In this document: in pieces, positions 48,001-60,000 of the stretch
Layout: every line of letters starts with the position of its first letter
How positions within the stretch are numbered: the first letter of the stretch is position 1
NCBI RefSeq assembly: GCF_964355755.1
Contig: NC_092675.1
Span: 2,599,812-2,663,811 of the forward strand
Source: Antedon mediterranea
Lineage: Eukaryota > Animalia > Echinodermata
Reading direction: 5' to 3'
DNA length: 64,000 nucleotides
Made by a program: the position numbers and the translations under genes
Notes under the pieces: generated by a model
Databases searched by the model: none
What the model was told of the DNA's origin: nothing
The model's input: the letters and a program-made list of their open reading frames with translations, nothing else

Positions 48001-51000
48001 ATGTGCCCGTATTTGGAGGACATGATGATGTCATATCACTACCATACATGGGCATATCACTACAACATATGGGCATATCACTACAACATTTGGGCACATC
48101 ACATTTTTTTGTCAAAATAGTTTGATAATGTAGACAGAGCTTAACAATATACAAACCTGAGATACTTTGTAACAATTAGTGATCCTATTACAACACCGCG
48201 CACCATCGTTGGAATGCTCACAGAATGTCTCCAGACATGTTAGTATCTCATCAGATTCATCCACTTCACTAACGCTGGAAAGGCTTGAAACTACACCAAG
48301 TAAATTATATTTAAGGTTGTTTTATTTCAATAATAATATTTCATCGGAAAGTTAATAAAAATGAATTACATAATTAAATAAAGTACATAATTTACCAGGA
48401 GTAATAGTCATGGACCAAATTAGAGTAGGTGATCTTTCTCCATCATTAACATCAAGAAGGTAGAACAACATTGTTATACAGTTTTTAAAATGAAGCTGAA
48501 GTGGTCAATTCTAGTGCACATATGAAAAAATGACCAGTACTTTAAATGAGTGGCCAAGCAGTTAGGAAAGTGGAACCGTAATTACGTAGCCATAACATCG
48601 TCAAGGGTTCGAGGCTCACTCGCTCCATGGTTCTGGTGGTAGACGAGTCTTCTTGGATAAGGACTATAAACCGTAGGTCCAGTGTACACATCTAGCTCGT
48701 GTGCACTTTAAAGAACCTAGTACATCTTTCGAGACGAGTAGGGGGTTACCCCGGTGTATTAGTACATCACAGCCACTGATCACCAACTGGGCCCTCTAGT
48801 ACATCTTTCAAGACAAGGAGGGGTCACCCAGGATATTAGTGCACACACAGCTACTGTCACACAGCCATTGATCATAACTGTGCCCTCTGGAAGACCAGTC
48901 TATGACTGAAGAGGCTACCCAGTATAGAGAAATAAATAATCATAAAATACTCACAACTGTATGTCCTGTTGGCAGATGAAACAGATTCTGACAAACTAAG
49001 TCGCTTCCTCTTCCCTCTTGCAAGCAGCATCTTCATGTCAGTGCTGAGGTCTTCAGTCCTCAGCTGCGTCCTAGCAAGCCTGATACATGTTAATACTACC
49101 GCTAAGTCTTGGCTAAAAAAACTAAACTGCTGACAGACCTTGTGAGCCTGAATTATACAAAAACTGTCAAGCAACTCTTTCACTATTTTATTAAGAGCTA
49201 CAGTAATGTCCTAGAAAAAAAAAAGTGTAACAAAAGTTAATAACAGACCACGAACCATGTTTGTTAAGGTCTACATACAACCAAAAACATTTGACATAGG
49301 TAATTTTTCTAGCTGGGCAGCCAAATATTGGAGAGGCAGTAGTTAAATAATTCATTAAACAAATTATTACAAATATCATTAAAAGATAAATAATGCAGTG
49401 TAACACACTCTTGTATAATATGAAAACAGGAATGATAATTTGACCAAGATGCCACTGATAAGCACATCAATACACCAAAAGCACAAAAAGTTATTGTAGG
49501 TCAGTCATTGACTGATTATGTATTTTGCATATTTGTATTGTAGGGGCCCTCATGAGACAAGCTATTGCTTCTAGTGCGGGACCCAGTTATTATTGTCAAA
49601 TAACTGAATAAATGTGTATGAATGAATTCTCTGTTAAAATCATATAGCAACATGGCTTTGAGAGACAGATTTGCCATTGTTGTTTTGTTGGAATATATTT
49701 TTTTTTAAATCAATGTCATTGTCATTAGTTACTTACTGCAGTTTTCATTGGCTGTATCCCAATTAACTCATAGTCTGCCAAATACAAAAATTCTTCAGAA
49801 CCACGGTATTTGACCCCTGACCCTGGTATATCATGAGATGATCTTGGTTTACTGATGAAAACCTTATCCACCGGACTGTGACATTTATTTCCATTCTATA
49901 GAATGTAATCAATTTATTTTAATCATTATTAAATTTATATTTGCTCTCGTATAAATTAATGTATACAAATAAATACACATTACAACAAAATATTTTTCAT
50001 TGGGATTATCATTGGGATTATCATTGGGATTATCATTGGGATTATCATTGGGATTTATTCAATATCTAGTCATGATATGCAACAATCCTTTTAAAAAATA
50101 AAATACTATACCTTAATTTTTTCAATTTCTAAGTCCACTCTTAGCCTCCAGATATCTTGTTCCAGGCCAACATAAGTAGGTGATGTAGATGCAGTGACTT
50201 TTCCTAGCCATTCCAATGCGAGACATAGGATCACGATTTTCTCACCTGTGCTTAGATTTAGACTTACATCACTAGCAATACTCTGAAAAACAAATAGGAT
50301 ACAATAAAGTACCAAAGAACTTCCCTTTGTTGGTCTATGGAGGAATTCTAATTAGTTGGTCAATCGTCACTTTCTTGTTTATCTATTTTTTTTATTCATT
50401 CTTTATTTATACTGGGTGACCTCTTCAGTCAAAGACTTGTCTCCCAGAGAACCCAGCTACGATCTGTGGTTGTGAGAGACAGTGGCTGTGTGTGTACTAG
50501 TACACTGGGGTGACCCCCTACTAATCTCAAAAGATGCTTCTGTAAAGTTCACATGAGCCAGATTTGTACACTGGACCTAATAGTTTATAGTCCTTATCTG
50601 AGAAGACTTGTTACCAACAGAACCATAGAGGGAGTGAGCCTCGAACCTTTGCCAATGTTATGGCTACATAATTAACTATGGTTCTAACTTCTTGGCCACT
50701 CACTCACTCTTGCACCACGGTTATGCAATTACAAAATACTGAAACAAACAACACAACAAACTTACTCTGAAAAACTGGAACGCTGCTTTGTTAGACGTTT
50801 TAGTCGATTTCAATTCTTTATTACACTTTTGCCAAAATAATTCTCGAACTGTTGTTGAGTTCCACTGAGTGTTATTCTTCAGTTTCTTCAACTCATCTTT
50901 CAACTTGAACACAAAATGATAAAATGTATTCAGTATAAAATACTTTGATTTATTTGCATTTTAAAAATCTTACAAATCTCGCTCCTGATAAAATTGTCAA

Positions 51001-54000
51001 CAATTCTAAAGCATGAGTCTACACTAATCAAGTTTGACACAAAAAGCTTGATGTGCCCAAATATGGTAGTAAAATGCCCTAAAATGGTAGTGGTATGACA
51101 TCATCATGTCCATATATGGGCACATCACATTTTGTTGTCACATAAAGTTTGGTAGTGTAGACAGAAGGCTTTGGGTAAGCATCCTACGGTTATATTTAAA
51201 CCTTGTCTTGACAATTTAGGAGTTCTGGATCAAATTTAACAGGTAACAGCTGGGGAAAGTATACTGGCCCATTGCATCACGTCAGTGTGTTTTTGAATCT
51301 GATTTGCTTGTGGAATAAGTTTTTATTGTAGGTATGCAACCCGGCACGGTTCCGGTCTCGCGAATCTAACATCAATGTTTCGTTTTCACAATGCTCCACA
51401 AGGCTATGCACCAAACGATATGTGTGTAGCCGCGTGAAAACGAAACATTGACGTTTTGCTGGATTTTCTTGCGACGGACCGGAACCATGCTGGAACAGGT
51501 GTGAAAGACCCTAACATGTACCCTTTATGAGTGACTTTATGAGTAAATTCCACTGACAATTTGTAAAAAACCGATTGCGAAAACGCACAGGGCAATGAAA
51601 TGCACTGAATGCAAATGTAACTACCATATTAAGTGCGGAAGAATAACTAAAATTGTATATGATAAGCAACGGAACTCGAAAGAAAATTGGTTATGTCAAG
51701 AATGCCTCTTCAATCAGCTTCCGAATGATGAATGCATCGGTGACATTAATATTCAGGACGAACTTATTGCCGACGCAAATAATGTGAATGAAAACCGACA
51801 AGATGGACATACATATACAGAAGACATTTATGAGCATTTAAGCGAGGAAATCAACGTGTTTAACAAAGGCCTACATTTTGTTCACCTCAATGCGCGGTCA
51901 TTAGTTCATAAAATGTCTGAACTAAGGCACATCGCATCAAAGACCAAAGCTACTGTTATATCCATCAGCGAGTCGTGGCTGGACGAATCCATCACCGATA
52001 ACGAGATCAAAATTGATGGATATACAGCGCTCAGGAAGGACAGAAACCGGTCTGGTAGTGGAGTTTGTATCTACGTAAAAAATGATCGCGCCTTCACACG
52101 TAGAAATGATCTGGATATTGACGGTTTTGAAGCAATTTGGATAAATATATATCTGCCTCGTTCAAAGGAAATTGTGATTGGTACATGCTACCGCCCACCA
52201 AACAGAATGTATCTTTATTTCTGAACAACTTTGAAGAATCTGTATCAAAAATCAAAGAGAGTAGTGAAATTTATGTTCTTGGTGACTTTAACATATGCAC
52301 TTTAAATATCAATCCAGTATTGCAAAGACATAATGATTTTCTTATAAGAAATGGTTTTAGTAATGTTATTAAGGATATAACTAGAATAGGAAAAGAAAAA
52401 AGCTCATGTTTGGACCACATTGTTACTAATGTACAAAATAATGTGAAGCAATCTGGAGTAATTAATATTGTGACCATTTTCTTATTTATTGCACTAGAAA
52501 AATACCTAAGTCTCATGTTCATAAAAATGAACACAACTCCGCTAAATTACGATCTTTAAAAAACTATAATATAAATAACTATCTTGAAAAACTTAACGAT
52601 ATCGATTGGTCTGTTGTCACTAATAATGACGATGTAAATATCGCGTGGTTAACTCTTAAAGATATCATCATTAAGGTGATCGACTCAATAGCGCCAATAA
52701 AAAAAGTTAGACTTAAACAAAACATAGCACCCTGGTTTACCTCCGAAATTGCTAATGAAATCAAAGTAAGAGACACACTTTTAAAAAAATTCAAGAAAGA
52801 TAAATCTAATCTAGATATATACAAATATTATTGTGCCTCTAGGAACAAAGCTCAGCGGCTGATCAAAAAAGCTAAATCTAATTATTTTCTCAATAAGATT
52901 GATGAAAATAAAGACAACCCTAAAAAATTATGGAAAACCCTCAAACAGCTCGGATACGAGAAGAAATGTAAAACAAACACTAAAATCGTTCTCGATGAAA
53001 ATGGTAAACAAACTTTCTGTCCAAAAGGCGTTGCCTCTCGTTTTAATGAGTTTTCCACGAATGTTGCGTCAACACTCGTCAAAAAACTCCCAAAATGCAT
53101 AGGTTTTTTCACCATGTCCACTAACGATCTTCATAAATACTACGTTAAATTAAAAGGAAAAATGTTTAAGCTAGAGCCTGTTACCATAGAACTCAACTCG
53201 AAAGCCTAAATGTAAACAAAAGCGTCGGTCTAGATAATATTCCTTCAAGATTTTTACGTGACGGTGCGATAATCTTGGCTGAACCGATAGCTCATATCAT
53301 TAACCTTTCGTTTAAAACTAATTGTTTTTCTCATGATCTTAAAACTGCTAAAGTTACCCCTCTATTTAAGAAAAATACTAGAACAAGTGTTGAGAATTAT
53401 CGGCCGATTAGTATTCTGCCTACGGTATCTAAGATTCTTGAAAAATCTGTAGCTATACAAGTTGAAAGGTATCTTTCCAAAAATAATATACTTTATGCCT
53501 ATCAATCCGGTTTTCGGCAGGCCCATTCAACTGAAAGCAACCTCATAAATCTCATCGACAATTTAAAAAACAATAAGTCCAAAGGCCTTCTTACTGGAAT
53601 GGTTCTAATTGACTTACAAAAAGCTTTCGATACCGTCGATCATGTGATTTTAATTAAAAAGCTAAAATGCATGGGTTTTAAGTGTACTGACTGGTTTCAA
53701 TCTTATCTCGCTAACCGCACACAAGTTGTCAGTGTGAATGGTACCTGCTCTGAACCTCTTATAGTTACTCATGGTGTACCGCAAGGTAGCATCTTGGGCC
53801 CTATTCTTTTTCTATGTTATTTAAATAATATTGCTTCTTGTATTGATTCTGATGTTCAATTATTGCTTTATGCTGATGATTCTACGATTCTGTATTCTCA
53901 TCACGATGCCACCAAAATCGCTCATAAATTAAGTACTGTCCTAGCTAAGTGCCAGGACTGGTTAACTGAAAACAAATTATCTTTACATGTTGGCAAAACC

Positions 54001-57000
54001 GAAAGTATTATCTTTGGTAGCAGAGCGAAGCTTAACAAAGTTAAAGAGTTTTCTGTAGAATTAATGGGCCGTAGAATCAAAAGTACTAAGCAAGTTAAAT
54101 ATTTGGGTATTGATTTAGACCAATATGTATCATGTGATATTATTGCAACTAGTGTTATCAGTAAAGTTAAGTCAAGGTTGAAGTTTTTACATAAGCAAAG
54201 TTCGTGCTTGAATAAAAAATGTCGTAAACTATTAAGCACTGCTTTAATACAATGTACATTTGACTATTCTGGCTCGGCATGGTACGGCGGTGTCAATAAG
54301 AATCTCAAAACACGCACGTTTCATTTTAAATGTTGGTCCGAAATCTCACATAGGTGCCAAAGAGCTTTCCGATCTTGGGTTTCTTAATGTCAGCCTCAGA
54401 AATAAGTTTTTAAGATTAAATTATGTTCACAAAATTAGTTATAACTTTAATACGCCTTCTTTCCTTAAGGATAACTTTTTGTTAATTTCTGATCATCATA
54501 ACCATTTCACCAGGGGTACAACATTTAATTTTGTCACTCCTAAGGCTACTGGCGTTAATGATACGACTTTTTATTTCTTAGGTATCCGTGACTGGAACAG
54601 GCTCCCCAATTCACTCAAATCAATACAAAATAATGCAACCTTCAAAATAAAACTTAAAGAATATTTTAATAATGAACAGCTTGGAATTTCAGTTTAATTA
54701 AGTTATTTTTAATATTGTTTTTTTGATGTTATCTTGTCTTGTATGTATTTTCTTGTTTTTTCATTTTTACTGAGTCATACTTAATGATAATTGTACTAGG
54801 CCCAACCACTCACTTTTCAGTCATTACGGATTGGACCCCATTGGAAATAAGTTTACTTTTTTGTCGACTTAATGGGTTATCCAGGTATTCTCTTATATAC
54901 ATTGTATATTTTAACTTTTATGTATGAATATCGAATAAAATCAATCAATCAATCAGACAATCTAAAACAAACATTACCTGGTTAATAACAACATGATCCA
55001 TGTTCAGACCTGCTGCGATGGCAAATTTCTTAGCACTGGTGAAGTCTTTAACAGCCTGCAGCTTCTCCAGTACCTCTTGACAATGTTTGTGGAATACACT
55101 ACCATCACCAGTCAGCAGTCGACCAATGTCCAATTGCACAGACGTGCTCTTGATTATCATGCTCAGCTCGTAAAGTTTAGTATAATTCGCAACTTAAATA
55201 AACAAAAGGCGTTAAATTAAGATTTTATCAAAACTCTGATATATATGTATCAGTGAAAATGTCAGGGTGGCGAGTTCAAATAATGTTTGAACCAGGCTTT
55301 TCTAATAAAACAAAAAATTGGTCCACGTTAAATAATGAATTATCTTCACTTTAAATCGCATGTATCTATCACTCATCAATGTTACCTGGATTGGAAAATT
55401 TTCCTGAAAAATGTAACCCTGCCATCAGCTTTAGCAATCTGCATGTTGCAGCAAAATTACAACAACTTTTGAAAGACAAAAGTGTCAATTCCGAGACAGC
55501 CTTCTCTAGAAATTTCAGATTATTGATATCTGTTACACTAGTTGTGTTGGTTTCTTGCAAATTGTCTGAGTTTTCCACAATCTAAAGAGAACAGATTAAT
55601 ACAGATCAATAACAAATATTAATAAAGTGAATTAAAAATACTTCTTGTTCATTAGACTAAGTTGTACACGTGGTAGCTGCAAAGAGCTTATATAATTCAA
55701 TAGAGATTGAACTATGCAAAAGTTGTTGGTGGTTTACAGACAACGCCATCTTTGCAAAATCAACATTGTTACGGAATAGAAAACGATACATGAGAATAAA
55801 TTGGTAAGTCAAAGTCAAATTCAGAGATTAGTAAATAAGGCCAGCAGAGTTATCGGTGTAGAAATGAAACCTTTAGATGAAATGTTTAATACATTCATAC
55901 TTCAGAAATTTGACACAATTATGCAAGACCCATCACACCCATTACATTCAGACATCATTATAAGTAGATTAGGAAGGGTTAGACTGACACAGGAAAAAAT
56001 ATCCACAAACCGTTTCAGATTTTCACCAATTTACATAGCATGCAATTTATTTAACAAAAACTTTTCAAGATAGTCACTTGTATCATTTGTATTTATTTAT
56101 ATAGTTATCACATCGTATTATTTATTCTACTCAGGTACAAAACATATCTCGAAATTGTTAACAATTTTGACAATAAAGTTATCTTGTATCTTGTAAGATG
56201 GAAGCCATATTCTGTGATACTTTTTGAGCTGTGATTACGTTGGAGTTCACACTCTAGTGAATTATATAATCTCTTTGGGAAGTTTCCAGTACAGTGTTTT
56301 CACACTGCAGTACTGATTTATATACAGAGTTTGTTTAACAACTTTTACCTCAAGATATTTGTGATGAAAGTTTTTCAAATGAACTGCAGCCAATGCTTCA
56401 TCAGATTTCACCAAATACGCACAGGTGAACTCGAGATAAGACGTTAAAGGGCTGGCCTATTGGAAAAAAACTAAACTGTTTTAACTGTGTAATCTCTAAA
56501 AAATAAACATTTTATTTTTTTTTTATCTTAACTTAATGGCTAAAGCTCTTTCTACACTATCAAACTAATTTGACAAAAAAAGTGTCATGTGCCCAAATAT
56601 GGTAGTGATACGCTCAAATATGGTAGTGATATGACATCACATTTTTTTGTCACATAAAGTTGGATATTGTAGACAGAGCCTAAAACACCTGAAATAAAAG
56701 AAACTGTTTAACTGTAAAATCTCTAAAGAATAAACATTTAATTTTTTATTTGATTTCAACTTACTGGCTGAAACACCTGAAATGCCTTGCATAATATTAG
56801 ACTCTTTCCTGTTTCCATGGTGATTCTAACAATACTCATTAATTCATCCAAGTTCCATTGATGCCACTGAAGAAGAGCAATTTCATTTCCTGTAACCATG
56901 AAGACATCTTCATCTTTCATTGACGTCATGAGAAACATGCACAGACAGTTTAGCTGATCTGAATTCTGGAAACAAAAATGGACGAAAATGATTAGGTAAT

Positions 57001-60000
57001 ATAAAACACACAGCTTCATGCTGTTGTACAAGAAAACAGAGCATTCAAGATGTATTGTCCCCAAAAAACATAAACAAATAAAAATTAATTAAATGAGACT
57101 TTGTGTTTTAAAGTTTTATTTTTGTGCCACCACTAATGACAGTTTAAACCAATAATGGTAAAAAAAAGTGAAAACCTATCAATAAAAGGTATACAGCAAC
57201 TTACTGAGAAGCAAGCAGACAACACTGCTAGTGAAGGTTGTTTAAAGATGGCAGAATAAGCAAGTAACATCTTAGCTGGATGAGGGCTGGACTGACAGGC
57301 TAGAATTACACCAAATAGGTCACTTGGCACATTTTCCAACACCAGATCTAAAAACAAAAAGATAAAAATGTAGGTAACGTAATCAACCTCATGGTATACC
57401 ATAATCAACCTCATGATTACTGGAAACAGAAGGAAATTAAGCTTACAAAAGCCCTCTATGGATCAGCAGTACAGGCACCTACACAGAGCAGCACACAAGG
57501 AGACAGTCCTCTTTCTTAATGAACATGCACTGTATGTACACAATACCTTACTATACCATTAGTAAGATGAACTCATCGTTCAAAGTTGCAGTTGCTAAAA
57601 TATGGCATAACCTACCAACTGAAATTAAATAATCCCCAACAATTGCCTTTATACAAAGCTAGATATCAATCTCATTTATTTTCACAAAATTTTTCTTTCC
57701 TGATTTATTTTGTATTTAAGACAGGACACCAATGCAAAACAGGTTTTCTTTTACCTGATTGTGTTATCTTTTATAAAGATTTGTTAAATAAATAAATGTT
57801 ATCATATTTTAATGCTTAAAAACAGTAATTGCCTACAAGGTTTTTTAAAAATTTGGTGGAAATCTCACCCTGAAATTGAGATTCAGAATGTTCTGACATG
57901 TGTTGATACTCATCATCAAAATTATCAGCCTCTTCATCATCATCTGTACTATCTTCTTCGCCTGTCAAATTTGAAAAAAAAAAAAAGATCAATTGGGACA
58001 CAAACAAAGGATAATTTTCGGTCTGGTTATTGGACTTTCAAATCCAAATTGTCAGATCTACCATTATTATTATTACAATTGTAGAATATACCAGAGGGAC
58101 ACACAAGCATTACTTTATACTTTAAAGATGAAGGTAAATCAAGGTAGGTAGATGAAATAAAGTCACATGTAAAATATTTTATTGCATTCAATAAATCATA
58201 AAAAAAATACAATAATTGAACTCACCACCATTTTTGCCACTATCGAATCCAACCTTAAACAGATAAGTCGTTCTGTGATCACGAACAATTGACTTCTTCT
58301 TAGTAACACTTGATTGTGTGGTATACCCATGCTGCCCTGTCGGTAGGAAGGATGACCCATAGACTGGGTTTTCAAATGCAAGTGATAAATGTTCTGTAAG
58401 ACTAGTACTTTTAAATGTCTGAACTAGTTCAAGAACCTAATAAAAAAATAAAAAATAAACAATGTTATAAATTTTAACAGAAACTAAAACATAATTACAG
58501 TTTAGAATTTCTTTTGTGAATAAATTTGTTGATTCTTATTTTACTTTTTAATTTTCTTTATTTAGTAATGAAGGATTAAAGCAGTCCATTTCAGGAATAA
58601 AATTACATTGATATTGCACTAGTGTTGTCCATACAACCAACTTTTGACCAATTAGATTACAGCATTCTTAAAAATCAAACTATTCATATTATAAATGCTG
58701 CAATGTCTAGAAATGCCATATATACAACTGTAATGTTAAACAGAAGGGGGTCTGACAAGCAGATTGCATATAGGATTCCTATGGAAGGTGAAGACGCTTT
58801 TTTTAAATGTCACATATACCATCTACATGACACCTGTAATGGTAGACAGTTCTAACAAGAATTTTGGACATTGAATTCCTAACATAAAAGATGACATTAC
58901 AGGTTTGTGGAATTTTTAGAAATATCATACATGCTTAACTGTAAAAACAATGGAGAGAAGAGTACTAGAAAAATAGGTAAAAAGTAAAGCTACAAAATGA
59001 TGTTTGATACTAACATGCTCTTTAGGGTAGTGGTGTTGCTGTGCAAAAACCGTGAAACATAACCATTCATCGTGTTTAGCGCAATCACGTAGGTAGACAT
59101 CAGTAAGAGGTAGCCGATGGAACCTGCAGAACATAACAGCAACATCCCATTCTCTTGCTGCTTCCAATGAACAACTAAGCAAACAAAAGTAACATTAACC
59201 TAAGAGATACTATGTTCCATAGAACATATACCCAGTCAGGGTGAGACATACTTGTATTGAATTGCACGTCGGTAATGATGTGTAGGCTACCTTACAGTAA
59301 GAAACTGAAATTTAATACTTATGTTTGAACGCAAATGTAATAACATGATGTTAATAAAATTACTATCAATTGTTTCTCTTGCTGCTTCCAATAAGCAACT
59401 AAGCAAAACAAAAGTAAGAATAAATTAGTAGGGTCAACTGGTATTCCTGGTCCGAACCAGTAATCATATAGAAACACTGATGAAGTACAGTATATATAGG
59501 CAAAAGTAAAAATAGAACAATACAAGACCAGACCGAAGTCATAGTCATAGTACCTAGTATCTATCTAGTAACAGAAATTTGTTTTGAAAAATGGCATATC
59601 ATATATAGAAAAATAGAAAAAAATAGAACAATAAAACAAAAACTTACACAGAAAAAAATTACACAAAAAAAAAATTCTCTGATGAAAAGTGGTTAAAAGA
59701 TTAAAATTACTTATTATTTAAAATAAGTTCCTCTCAACATGAAGTTTATTAAATTCATGTACAGTACTGCAATGCTAATCTATTTAATTGTAAGTATTTA
59801 TTTTATTAATTCATTATAGTTTATATACAGTATTTAATTTTTTAAACACACACCACCCATGTATCAACAAACGAAGAAACGATAATTATTTTGTTTTTAT
59901 TACTGTCATATGATTTCTGTGGTTTCAGTTGTTTTTATCTATAAATATGTTAACCATGCACTGTACATATGAGTTACGCTTTTAAAAAAATTAGGAAACC

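Noticed and set aside
51595-54697. RT as a retron, DGR or domesticated host gene
   Set aside because: APE plus RT, a 3' tandem tail, 5' truncation and several frameshifts identify an ordinary non-LTR retrotransposon copy.
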